Assembly (NCBI GenBank): GCA_038087875.1
Contig: CM075988.1
Coordinates: 19,532,001-19,596,000, forward strand
Length of the DNA stretch: 64,000 nt
Direction: 5' to 3'
Source of the DNA: Malacoraja senta
Lineage: Eukaryota
Below the pieces are notes generated by a model. That model saw nothing but the letters and a program-made list of their open reading frames with translations. It was not told the origin of the DNA and did no database searches. Made by a program: the position numbers and the translations under genes. Below are positions 25,540-37,984 of the stretch, piece after piece. Numbering within the stretch: position 1 is the first letter of the stretch; the number at the start of each line of letters is the position of its first letter.

Positions 25540-26269
25540 GGTTCAAAGCTCTGTGATTTTATGCCGCAGATCCAAATCCCGGCTTCTCACTGCATTGATT
25601 GACTTTCGATGAGAAACAATCAATAATGCGTTAAACATAAAATGTGAATATCATGCAGTAACAATTGATTTGAATAATCAAAACAACCAGTAACCCCTCT
25701 ATCCCAGGGGAAACTAAACAGGACTTAATCCTGAATTTGCAAACAGCCTCTCTCCGATCGGCGATCGGCCGATAGTAAAAAAAAATTGTTTTAATTCATT
25801 TGACCACCCGGCACCTATAAAAATATGGCTGCTGTGAACATCCATTGCCCTAGCCGACGACGTTGCTGCTGCACTAGTGGAAAAAGGATATATACACTTC
25901 AGTGTTAATACCTGCCTTTTTTTTCTTTTTTTCTTTTTAAATATTTTATTTTATTAGAAGTGTGTACAGTCATATGGCACCAAAGTGCCTAATATATATT
26001 TGCATAATACATTTTATGTACATCTTCTTATTTTTTTAAATTATAATATAGAAAAATAAGAAAAAGAAATTAGATAATAAAGAATAGAAAAATGTGAGAT
26101 ATATAGTGTGTGAAAAAGAAAAAAAGAGAATGATAGAAGAAAGTTGAAGAAAAGAGAGTAGGAAAAAGAGAATAAAAAATACAAATAAAAAGAAATAAGG
26201 AGATCATTATTTATAATCTTGACCATCCCCCACCCAGTCCTGAAACAATTAGTTTCTACAATTATGTTG

Positions 26270-29200
26270 CACCATATGATTCCAAAAAGACGACAAATGG
26301 AGACCAACTCGTTAAGAATTGGTCTGATTTTTCTATTAGGAGGAATCGCATTTCTTCAAGATGTGCGGTGTCCAACATGCTTGCGATCCACATTTTAAGC
26401 GTTGGTATTGGTGTATTTTTCCTAAATTTAAGTATTAGTTATTTTGCTATTATTAAACCATAATTAAAAAATAAGTGTTGTGATAAGTTCAATTTATTCC
26501 CATCTTCCATTACTCCAAATATAATCATTTCAGTATTAGGTTCCATTCTTATCTTAAATAGTTTTGTATATATATCTAAAATATCACTCCAAAATCTATA
26601 AAGTTTTATGCAGGAAACAAAAGAGTGTGTTATAGTTGCGTTTTGGGATAGACATTTATCACAAATGGGGGATATATTTGGATATATTCAAATCTTGAAT
26701 TTATTCAATCTTGTTTTTGAATAATATAATCTATGTAAAATTTTAAATTGAATTAGATTATGTCTTGCATTAATCGAACATTTGTGTATATATATCAAAT
26801 ACTTTTCCCATGTAACCTTCGTAATTTTTATCATTAATTCCCGTTCCCACTCTTCTCTAAGTACCTCTGTCAATGGTAAATCTATATTTAAAATACTATT
26901 ATATAAATATGATATTAATTTTTGTGAGTCAGCTTTAATATTCATTGCTTCTTCCAATAAGTCAAAAGTTAAAGGCCTGTCTCACGAGTCTGCGGTCATT
27001 GGCGGCGAAACAGGAACTATCTACCGCTCCTGAGCCGCCAGAGACCGCGGGCTCGGTCAAACGCACAATTCCGTGGCCGTGCGGCGTTGTTCCCAAAAAT
27101 ATGTTCCTACCGCACAGTCGCCGCCAGTGAGGCATGAGTGCGGCACGGCCGCCGCCACAGCCGCCGCCAGTGAGGCACGAGCGCCGTGAGTCGAACCTGC
27201 ACTGCCACAGCCTCCGCCAGTGAGGCACGGGTGCGGCACGGCCGCCGCCACAGCCGCCGCCAGTGAGGTACGTGTGCGGCACAGCCGCCGACAGTGAGGT
27301 ACGTGTGCGGCACGGCCGCCGCCACAGCCCCGCGATCCGAAAGACGTCATCAGCCAAAACCGCAAGCTCGTTGAACCGGCCGTACTTGGCCCCCCTGCGC
27401 AGCATCCGTGCGGCGCTCTCGTGGTTGCCGTGCGGTCCCCTCTTCCGGCGACGCCGCGCTTCACCGCCAACGACCGCAAACCCGTGGGACAGAGCCTTTA
27501 CTTTTTGATATCCTTGTATGTATTTCTTCATGAAATTGCAAATCTGAAGATATTTAAAATATTGGTTATTTTTCAATTTAAATTTTAATTGTAATTGTTG
27601 GAATGATAATAGATTTCCCATTTCATACATATCCCCGATCCTTTTAATTCATAAACTCTCCCATTGGTTATATGTCTTATCAATAAGAGATGGTTTAAAT
27701 AAAGGGTTATTCGCTATAGGCGTTAACAATGATAAATTCCTTAATTTTAAGGGTAATTTTATTTGTTTCCAAATTCTTATTGTATCGTGTATAATTGGGT
27801 TCTTCTTATATATTGTGTTGTTCAGTTTTTTCGGAGAGAAGAAGATCGTTCCTATATTACAAGGGAAACAATCCTCTTTCTTCATTCTTATCCATTCTGT
27901 CTGTTGGGTAGAACTGTCCAACCAATAAATTATATTCTTAATATGCACTGCCCAATTATAATACAAAAAAATTCAGGAGTGAGAGTCCCCCGGCATCTTT
28001 TGATTTACATAAATGTTTTTTTTTTAATTCTATGTGATCTGTAATCCCAAATAAAATTGGTAATATTAGAGTCTAATTTTTTTAAGAAGTATTTTGGTAT
28101 ATATAATGGTATAGATTGAAATAGGTATAATAATTGTGGTAGAAATATCATTTTTATAGCATTTATTCTACCTATTAATGATAAAGAAAGTGTTTTCCAA
28201 AATTTAATCAACATATTGAGTTTATTTAATAAAGGTATAAAATTAGCGTTGAATAATGCTTTATATTTTCTCGTAATTTGAATACCCAAATATTTAAATT
28301 TTTCTATTTCAATTTTAAAGGGGAACTTCAGTAAGTGTGTGGATTCTTGAGGTTTTAACGTCATAATTTCACTTTTATTCCAGTTTATTCTATATCCAGA
28401 AAAGGACCCGAATTCCTCTATTAAATTTAATAAATTTGGTATACTCGTTTGTGACTTTGTAATATATAAAACTATATCATCTGCATATAATGAAATTTTA
28501 TTATTTGAGTCCCTAGTGTTGTAGCCACGAATATTCGGATGAATTCTTATACTTTCAGCCAAAGGCTCTATCATAAGGGCAAATAGCAGGGGTGATAACG
28601 CACATCCCTGCCTATTGCCCCTCGATAATTGAAATTTTTGAGATAACATATTATTAGTTAATATTCTTGCCATCGGTTTATCATATAATAGTTTTACCCA
28701 TGTAATAAAATTCTCTCCCATATTAAATTTTTGCAGTACTTTATATAAGTATTGCCACTCTACCTGATCAAATACTTTCTCTGCGTCCAGAGAAATAATT
28801 TATATATCTTCTTCCTCCCTTTTATGTGAGTACATTATGTTAAACAGGCGTCTCAAATTATTAAATGAGTATCTTTTAGGTATAAACCCCGTTTGATCAG
28901 GATTTATCAGTTTACTAATATATTTGCTTAATCTTCTTGCTAAAGTCTTTGCTAAAATTTTCTGGTCTGTATTTAAAAGTGATATAGCTCTATATGAGCC
29001 CGGATCGTCTAAATCTTTATCTTTTTTTGGAATAAGTGTAATAGTTGATTCTGCTAATGTTTCAGATAGTTTATTTTCTTTAAAAGCATGAGTATATAAA
29101 TTAAATAAATAAGGAGTCGTTATCTCATGAAATTTTTTATAAAATTCATTACTAAAACCATCTGGTCCCGGTGTTTTACCATTTTTCAACGATTTTATTG

Positions 29201-30608
29201 TTTCACCTATTTCTTCAATTGTAATTTGAGCTCCAAGTTCCTCTTGTTCCAAAAGATCAAGTTTTGGAAGATTACAGTTATCTAAATTTTTTTTAATTTT
29301 ACTATCTTCTATTTTAGTTTTAGATGTATATAAATTTTGATAAAACTGTGCAAATCTATTGTTAATATCTTTAGGTAGTATTAATAATTCACCTTTCTCT
29401 GATTTAATTTTAGTTATAGTATTTTCCTTTTCTTGTTTTTTCAATTGACGAGCTAAAAGCTTATATGGTTTGTCACCAAACTCAAAATGTTCCTGTTTTG
29501 TAATTTGGAATAGTCTTATTACTCTTGCCGATAAAATTTGATTAAGTTTAAATTTCAGTAACATTATCTTATTATGTTTATCTGTAGTGGAATCTTTGGC
29601 ATTATCTAACTCTAACTGTCTAATTTCTTGTTCTAACAGCATTTGTTCTGTCTTATTCTTTTTATTTTGAAAAATTTGATATGAAATTATAATTCCTCTA
29701 ATAAATGCCTTAAAAGTTTCCCATAATAAAGAAGGCGAATTACCTGGTGTGTCAGTTGTCTCAAAAAAATATTTCATTTGTTGTTTTAAGTATTGATAAC
29801 CTTGTAAGTCATTTAAAATATGTGTATTAAACCTCCCAAAAAAGTTTTTACCCGGCATTCCCTCAAATTTTACTGAAAATGTCAACGGAGAGTGATCAGA
29901 AATACTACTAATGTGGTATGTTGGATTAATTGTATATGGCATTAATTTCATATCCACTAAAAAATAATCAATTCTTGAATAAGTTTTATGTACCGAAGAG
30001 TAAAACGAGTATTCCCTTCCTACTGGATTAGCAGATCTCCATACATCTGTTATATTAGTATTTTTTATATATGTATTTAGAAGTTCACTAGTCTTAGATT
30101 TTAAATTACTCCTCCTTTGTTTTACTGATTTGTCTAAGTATGGATCTAAAACACAGTTGAAGTCCCCCCCTATTATCACATTTTGGTAATTAGACTCTAA
30201 TATTATATCTATAATTTTATCAAAAAATTTGGGGTTGTCAAAATTCGGAGCGTAAATATTTATCATAGTTAGTGGGGTTGCATAAATTTCTCCCGAAACT
30301 ATAATATACCTTCCCTCTTTATCTGATATAGTATTCTTTAATTTGAAAGGTATACCTTTTCGAATAAGAATAGCCGTACCTCTAGATTTAGAAGTAAATG
30401 ACGAATAGTATGTTTGACCTATCCACTTCGCTTTGAATCTCATTTGTGTTTGTTGTTTCATGTGGGTTTCCTGTAAAAACATTATGTCGCTTTTCAAAGA
30501 TTTTAGTTGAGCAAAAATGTTACCCCTCTTTATTGGTTCATTGGCACCCCTTATACTCCAACTACAGAATGTGATTCCTCCATTCTTTATTTGTCTATCG
30601 TCTTGCAT
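26270..30608 (-). pseudogene. L1 ORF2 (APE endonuclease, RT, C-terminal Cys-His domain), frameshifted and MITE-interrupted
   Basis: FLQETH, NIYAPN, GGDFN, SRIDY, SDHSP, PGPDGF, RQGCALSPLLF, LYADD, ICDKC; broken into ORFs 28800-30608, 28005-28721, 27649-27966, 26688-26957. Confidence 0.93.
26972..27497. mobile_element. PIF/Harbinger-type MITE nested in L1 ORF2
   Basis: TTA TSD (26969-26971, 27498-27500); ends AAGGCCTGTCTCACG / CGTGGGACAGAGCCT; very GC-rich with tandem GCCGCCAGTGAGGCACG..GTGCGGCAC repeats. Confidence 0.9.
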
Positions 30609-31766
30609 TATATATCAAAATAGTATTCCTGAATCATATGGTGCAAGCAAATACCTCAGAGTTCTGGGTGTTGGGTGGTCATCCCAAGTTTTTAGATTTA
30701 TATTACATCTCCTTCTTGAAAAGAACCTTAGATAAAGAAAGAAAAAATGTGATATAAAGTTGAATACAAAAAAAAAAAGCAAATACAAGTCTTTATAGTG
30801 ATTTTTTTTTTAAAGTGATGTTAAGGTATCTAAGAAAAGATACCTTAAAGACAGGTAGCCACCTAAGGTGGCGAAAAATTTATGGACCTCCGTTGATGTT
30901 GTTTTACATTGAGCTCCAATCCCTTATTAAAACCTCATAAAAAGCTACAGACCGTTTCATATCTTGTTTGTTCCTATTTAAATTTATCAAACTAGCAACA
31001 GTGAAAACCGAAAAGATTCAGAAAAAGATATAAAAAATAAAAAACAAATATAAAACACAGCATATTCTCAGTTCTATAAATATATATGCCTTTCCAATTT
31101 ATCTAACCTTAATCTAGTCTAAACTTTACCATAAATGTCCACCCAAGATTCTTACGTAATAACCCGTTCTTTAACTACCATACAAGCAGGTACCAAGGGG
31201 TTAAACAAAACCTCATTCCTGGATCTTTTCCAGATTTATGCTGCACCTAACTCCTTCCCACACAAGAAAAGTACGTTAGTAATGTTATAAACATTTTGGT
31301 TAGTTACTATTTATAAGCATATATCATTTATAAGTATATATCAGTAATATTAGTTCATTTCCCTTTTTAAATATATAAAATCATAATTTATACACTCCCA
31401 ATCTCCTTCCCCATCTCATAGTTTATTCATGATTTGTTCATATTTACTACATACATTCACGAGTAATTAGTATTATTAAATTTTTTAAATTAATTGGTTA
31501 ATTATAATTAGAATATAATGGTTAGATATTTTCTTAAATCAACAGTTTTTATATTTCAATTAGTATTATCTCGTTCCATGTCCATTATACATTCCCTCAT
31601 TACGTCTGTATCTTCAACGTCCTTTTGTTTATCTTTGAGCTTTTCATTCAAGGTGAAACATGGACAATGCTCTCGAATACACATTCCAGGCAGATAAGCT
31701 TGGTAACTGTCTGGAAAAATCCGCCATCTTAACCAGTTCAGAACTCTATCTTAAAAGTTAAAAAGT

Positions 31767-32852
31767 TCAGTCTTCTTGCTTGTCGACATCTTCCCCCGAT
31801 GTTTTCTTTACGATATCTTCTGCGTACTTAAAAGCTTTTTCGGGATCCGTAAATGAGCGCTCAGTGCCATTATGAGTAATCTTCATTTTTGCTGGGTAGA
31901 CCACCCCATATCTGACATGGGGTATTCCTCTCAAAATGTTACTTGTCTGAGTAAACAAGTTCCTTCTCTGGACGACCTCCGGAGGATAATCACGGAAAAA
32001 TTGAATATTATCCCCACGATATGTCGGCTTCTCCCCATGAATAATCTTATTCAATATAAATTCCACTGAAGAGATGTCGAGAAATTTCACAATTATCTGT
32101 CTTGGAGGAGCATTTCTGTCTCTTGAAACCCGTCCAACTCGGTGAACGATATCTATTCTTGATTCTTCCGGCAGTTTAAAAACATCTTTGAGTAAGTCAG
32201 CAACGAAAGTACGTGTTTGAGATCCATGTCCCTCTCGCCCTTCTCTTACTCCAACAATTCTCAAATTCTGCCTTCTCGATCTCGCTTCCAAGTCCAGACA
32301 TTTGTCAGTCATTCTTGCAAGTTTTTCTTCTTCAGATTTCTTTGATTTTTTCAAACTCTTTATTTCCGTGATCATCTCTTTCATGTCTTTTTCCATCTCT
32401 TCCATTCTCTCATCAATATCTCCCATATTATCATTTACATCAGTAAATTTCTTATTATAGTCATTTTCGATTCTAGCACATTCTGACTGAAATTTTTTAT
32501 CAAACTCCTTATGTTGCTTCTTCAGCTCCTTTAACTCACCACAAGCACTGTCAATTTTTTGAGAAATTATCTCCATATTAGTCTCCATACTCTGCTTATT
32601 ACTCTCCATATTAGATTCCATACTCTGCATCTTTTCCAGTGTCGTATTGATTGTAGCAGTTATATCTAAAAGCATTTGCTTTACCTCCTTCTCCTTCTTT
32701 TCTCCTTTTGCAGCCATTTCAAACACAGATCCTTGGCTGTAAGACTCTTCTTCTGATCCTTCTTCTGTCGTTTGCAGAGTATCCAAAACTTTCTCAAGCT
32801 GGAGACTTATAGTGATCTTCTTAGGTGCTCGTGAGCTTATCTCTCTTCTCAT
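31767..32852 (-). CDS. L1 ORF1 protein (coiled coil plus RRM/CTD), intact 361 aa
   Basis: Heptad-rich N-half, DLEARSRRQNLRIVGVREG, HRVG, PRQIIVKF, FFRDY, YPAKMKI. Confidence 0.93.
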   Translation of the reverse strand: MRREISSRAPKKITISLQLEKVLDTLQTTEEGSEEESYSQGSVFEMAAKGEKKEKEVKQMLLDITATINTTLEKMQSMESNMESNKQSMETNMEIISQKIDSACGELKELKKQHKEFDKKFQSECARIENDYNKKFTDVNDNMGDIDERMEEMEKDMKEMITEIKSLKKSKKSEEEKLARMTDKCLDLEARSRRQNLRIVGVREGREGHGSQTRTFVADLLKDVFKLPEESRIDIVHRVGRVSRDRNAPPRQIIVKFLDISSVEFILNKIIHGEKPTYRGDNIQFFRDYPPEVVQRRNLFTQTSNILRGIPHVRYGVVYPAKMKITHNGTERSFTDPEKAFKYAEDIVKKTSGEDVDKQED

Positions 32853-33849
32853 TTAAAAGTCCCGGTTTTTACCGTTAAACTCCCGATTTTAGCATCGCTT
32901 TCTGATGAATGGCTTTTTAGAGAATTTTACGGGAGAGGAGCTCAATGCAGCACCCTTAGTGTTCCATGGCGCTACCGGAAGGTCGTTAATACCTGCCTTA
33001 ATCAACATTTGCTTTAAACCACCTTGAGATAGTCTGCACTAACACTCTCCTGTGTGGCTTCATGTAACTGATAAACAATGCTGTTTCCACATTTCTTAAG
33101 GTCTTTATAGCTTCAATATAATGAAAATCTTTGTGCCATTACACATAAACATGGATCAGTAGGTTATGCTGAAACACAATATTAACAAACCTGTGACACC
33201 TGGCCTGCTCTGCTTAAACAGGACGCAATTATATAACATAACATTCTCTTCAGCAACTTCCATCCTGTCTAGCAGAAGTTTTTGCAAATCTGCACTTGCT
33301 ATGCTGAACCAATGCCAAGAGCATAACCACTTTCATGATTAGTTTGGCAAATTCAGAGACATGACAGGAACCTACTATCGAAGCATCTTGAGGAACACAC
33401 TTACATCCCAGATCGCCATATACCTGGGTTTAGGTTTCGAGTTGAAATTCCTTTCATCAATCCAGCTGTGATATGATGAAACTCAATAGGATCTTTCCTG
33501 ACCCCATCAAAACCATACGATGACAAAGCACTTAAAGCTGTATTAATGGTGCTATAACTGAGCCCCTCATTATCGTAGAGTGTCAACAGGAACTCTAAAA
33601 TATCCACAATACCTGCAGTACTATAGTCAATATTATTTTGTACACAATATTGCTCCCATTTTTTTACATAAGTAATATACTCCTTTTGAGTACTCTTTCT
33701 CCAGGCTACAGTGAGCATGTCCACCGTTCACCCAGACAGTCCTTGCTCCAGGTATGGCCTTCTTAAAACCTGCAAATTAACAAGTCAATACAATCACATA
33801 ACAGATGACTTTCACGTGTTAGCGGATGCTCCAGTCAATTCCTACGCTT

Positions 33850-34940
33850 GGGAATCACCAAAAAGAGGTTGGATCCCTAACTGTAACATCAAAGGGAACC
33901 ATGCTTGATTTGGCCAATTAGGTATTACAAGCACCCCCAAAGCAGCATCCTGCTTGATTTCTTGCAGACTCCGACCTATTAGGCAAAATGGTAGGAAAAT
34001 ATATAAAACATACCACCCCAATGTAACATCAAAGTATCAAATACAACTGACACCTGGTCTGGTTCCCATGAAACCTATTTAGGCTGCTGATGGTTGAACC
34101 TTGATGCAAAACAAATCAACATCTGGCATTCATATACAAGTACTATATTATTGAACACCTCCTGGTTCAACATCCAATCTATGTTGTTATGGAACTTTCG
34201 TGACTTGGCGTCTGCTACTATGTAGAATCTACCTGGTAGATAAATAGCTGAAATATCTTTTTCAATGCACCATGCCCAAATTTGATTAGCCAATCTGTCA
34301 CAAAATACCGACTTGATTCCACCGATGTGATTAATATATATGCCACTTGCGTAGTATTGTCAATCTGAAACTGAACATGCAGATTACATTTGTCAGAGCA
34401 ATAAGCCTCTGAATAGTTAATTGCCCATGTCTGCAGAAGCGATGCCTCTTGCTCAGTCCATCTGCCTCCACAGCTGAAACTCGTATCCGTGACACCCCAC
34501 CCAAGTGCACTGACATTCATCTGCAAAATCATGGAAGGCTGGTCAAGCATTACCTTGCTATAACTTCTGGACACATGGTGAATCCACCATTGCAAATCAG
34601 AAATAGCCTTTACTGATAACTGCATAGGTCTATTATAATGACCCGTATGTATCCTTAATGCCTCCATTCGCTTGATACACCTGTCAATTAGCTCTACCCT
34701 TTTTTCCCTGGGCAGTGTCACTTAATTGAATCAATTGTGACCCAAATAGTCAGGTGTTAATTTGGATTCCTCTGGATGCATAATGCCCAATCTTTGAAAA
34801 TTGGATTTAGCAACTATCACCTGTTACTTCAGCTGTTCTCTTGGATAAGCTGTAATCAAGATATCATCGAGATAAGCCATGAGCACCTGACCCTGGCCTC
34901 TCAGCATGCCTATTATAGGTTTTAACAATTTTGTCCCAGA
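33850..34940 (-). pseudogene. DIRS pol remnant: truncated RT, RNase H and methyltransferase-like domain
   Basis: MAYLDDILI, DLQWWI, xSALGWG, QIDNTT.VAYI, YLPG..ADAKSR, CFASRFNHQ, VIPNWPNQAWFP; many frameshifts; N-terminal RT appears deleted. Confidence 0.85.
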
Positions 34941-34979
34941 AACAGATGTAATGTACCCCAGATTAAGTTGTGTCACATT

Positions 34980-36389
34980 TGATATGTGCACCTGAAAACC
35001 AGGCCCACCTGCCTCCTTGGTACCTGGTGGATGACGTTGTCCCCGGCTCCTTGGCAGGAAAGTCAATGTTTGACCATGTTTCCGCTTCGTTTGTTGGGGT
35101 ACTTTCTTTTTTGGAAATTTGTCGACTGCCGGTGGCTTGATCAAGCCCACCGTCTTTGCCTTGTCATCCATGTCCTTGACACTGTTGGCGAGGTCCTCTC
35201 CGAAGAGTAGGTTAGCCGGCTGTATGTTGCTTGGTTGGAAAAATACTGCAATCTTGGAATTAATGGTGGGCCGAATGGCACTTTCCCTGAGACAATTTAT
35301 CTCAAAAATGGGTGCTACAAAGCAACCCTAGTACCTCTTGCTGCATCTCCGACACATGCCCTCCATCCACCGTTCTCGTGAACGCCGTAATTCCTGAGCC
35401 AAGTAATTTCAACATTCTCTGCAGCTTCATCTCCTGGGCACTGCACGCCCACGCCCATCTGGCTCCATATCACCCGGTTCACTGCTGGCACCTTCAGCAA
35501 CTCGCAGTTACCCCGTCTCTTGGTGATTCCAGACTCTGACTGGACAGCGAATCGTACTGCCAGAGATGGGAACTCTGACAACGGCCATCTTCGCTTTCCC
35601 AGTGGCACTCCATACTCTGACGGGACAGCGAATCGTGCTGCCAGAGAATGGACCTCTGACAACGGCCGTTCTTCGTTATTCAACAAAGTCTCCGTCAGAG
35701 ACGGGTCAGAACTGAGCTGACCCTATCGTGGAGGCCAGCTCTTCTCCCAGTGGCACTCCATACTCTGACTGGACAGCGAATCGTGCTGCCAGAGAATGGA
35801 CCGCTGACAACGGCCGTTCTTCGCTAATTTCCAAGTCTCCGTCAGAGTCGGGGGTCAGACCTTAGCTGACCCTCTGCAGCCCTCTACCAGGTGCTGCCGG
35901 CATGGCCTTTCTGCAGCCTACCGCCCACACGACTCTTCCCCGGAGTGTGCGTTTCTGGAGCAACCTCTGGATGAGGTGCTCCATTTGGGAGAACCGTTTT
36001 AAAACGTCTCCAGCCCCGTACAGGCTCGTTGTGGCCCGACTCAGTTGAGTCCAAGGGCCTCCCAGACTTCCCCGTGCCTTACACCCGACTGGCGTTGGCT
36101 TTGGTGCTTTTTAGCACTGAGCCTGAAGTCGCCCCGCTCCCGGTCGGCGACTGTGCAGGGGTACGAGGCAGCCGCTGACAGACCGCATTCCCGCGGCTCT
36201 CCTATGCTTTACCTGCGGCTGCCCTCCCCCTGGTCGTCTTCATCGTGGTGCTGCCTGTAATAATAAAAAACAGAGCACCACAAAAAAGAAACGTTCCCCT
36301 CCAGCTTAGCTGGAGCTTTAAACTATAAAAGTACTTTAAAAGTACTTGCTACAGGAGGAGGTCTGTCCTCCCCTGCTCGTCTTCACCAT
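34980..36389 (-). pseudogene. DIRS gag-like ORF, degenerate, with internal tandem repeats
   Basis: LKVPAVNRVIW motif, position upstream of pol, three copies of an approximately 65-bp unit at 35529, 35610 and 35758. Confidence 0.65.
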
Positions 36390-37984
36390 GGTGCTGCCTG
36401 TGACAAAACACAGAGCACAGCACCACAGTAAATGAAACTGTTTTACTCCAACTAAGTTTCTCACTTAGCTGGAGCTTTAAAACGCTTTAAAATACTCTAA
36501 AAGTACTTACCGTGGGAGGAGCTCTGTCCTCCCGCTGTCCGTGCGCCAATGCGACCGACGTAATGACGCGCATGCGTCCTGACGGGTCTTCTTCACGTAG
36601 TCACAAACGTGACTCCGAAGTAAAATTATGCAAGGCTATCAATACTTAGACAAACCCAGCAAAAGAGGGTAGGATACAAACACCTTCCTGAAAGCTGCTT
36701 TCAGTGTCAAGATGCAAATCAACCCGATCCATTCAGGTTACAGTCACCAGCAGATATTGTTGTAAAAATCCAGACCCATGGAATGATGATGATTAATTCA
36801 AACTTAAATCAATTCACTTCAGGACTGACCTTGGTAATGAAATAGAATCATTCATACTTTTAATTATTAATACCACCACAGTTATCCCATAAGGAGCTAC
36901 GAAAAAAGATATGAACATAATTAGGCCATATGAACTGTCACATCGAGAGACAAGGATGCTAGCTGACAAAATGAAACATGCTTTCAAAGCTGCAAATAAG
37001 GTATTTCAACACGAGACCACAGATGCGAGAACCTTGAGCAAAGAAAAAATAAAGTACTGGAGGAACACGATGGGTCAGGGAGCATCGTGGAGGGAGCGGA
37101 CAGATTACATTTCAGAATAGAACTCTTCTTCAGACTGGAGTGGTAGAGGGGAGAAAGCTGGGAAAGAGAGGGTCTGGGTGGGTCTGCATATTTCCCTCCA
37201 CAGGTACTGCCTGACCCGCTGAGTTCCTCCAGCACTTTGTATTTCATTACGGGTTGGTTGTTCCGCTGGAGAGGCAGGACTGTTACCATGTAGCATGATA
37301 CCAGCGTCCGAAGCTCAATAGCGTTCTGTAATTGAAGATGAAAAGAAAGGTCTACATTTCCACCAGAAGAACAACCAACACCAACATCGCTACCATCTTC
37401 CATAGAAGAACAAGGACAGGGAAAGGGAAAGGCAACATTATCACTTATTGCTTTATCATTACCATGTGTACTGAGATACAATGAAAAGTTTTGTTCGCAT
37501 GCTATCCAGTCAAATCGTGCTATGCAGTCTCAAAGGTCCCGACAAGAAACACCATCTATCCATTCCCTCCAGAGATGCTGGGACCCATTGACATCTTCCA
37601 GCACTATGTTTCACTATACATCAGTACAATCAACCCATATACAAGCCCAACAGGTAGTGAATAGAGAAAAATACGAGAGTGCAGAACATAGTTTTACACT
37701 GTTGCAACAATACATTTACTGAGGAAAAAAAATCCAGGGTCCACAATGAAGATCAGGATTGCACACTAGTTTATGGGAGTACCATTCAGTAGTCTGATAT
37801 CAGTGGGGAAGAAGAATCCTGAATTTGGTGGTACATGCTTTCAAGCTTTTGTACCTTCTGCCCAATGCGAGCAGGGAGAAGAGGGAATGACCAAGGTGTA
37901 AATGGTCTTTGATGTTGTCAGCTGCATTCCTGAGACACTGTGAAATGTAGATGGCGTCGATGGTGGGGTGACGGGTCCACAGTA

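Larger units (their letters stand above)
25919..32984 (-). mobile_element. Full-length L1-clade LINE (about 7.1 kb including nested MITE)
   Basis: 15-bp TSD GTTAATACCTGCCTT (25904-25918, 32985-32999), poly(A) tail, 5' end GACCTTCCGGTAGCGCCATGG, ORF1 and ORF2. Confidence 0.96.
25760..33724 (-). pseudogene. DIRS tyrosine recombinase, split by the L1 insertion
   Basis: N-terminal AWRKSTQKEY...LSYSTINTALSALS (33401-33724); TISRW..KQMLIKAGIN at the L1 5' junction; degenerate HSTR box (PFSTSAAATSSA) and AGWS remnants at about 25.8 kb. Confidence 0.85.
25200..36625 (-). mobile_element. DIRS1-type tyrosine recombinase retrotransposon (degenerate, interrupted by L1)
   Basis: Left ITR about 36562-36625, right ITR with extension 25200-25310, ICR 25428-25539; gag, RT (YLDD), RNase H, MT-like and YR remnants in DIRS order. 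Confidence 0.93.

Noticed and set aside
27100..27330. Regularly spaced repeats resembling a CRISPR array
   Set aside because: No unique spacers, eukaryotic context, no cas genes; internal MITE tandem repeat
26962..27630. 222-aa ORF with Gly/Arg-rich repeats
   Set aside because: L1 ORF2 piece reading into the GC-rich MITE; a chance fusion
37288..37326. Possible 39-nt minus-strand micro-exon
   Set aside because: Good acceptor but too short to distinguish from chance
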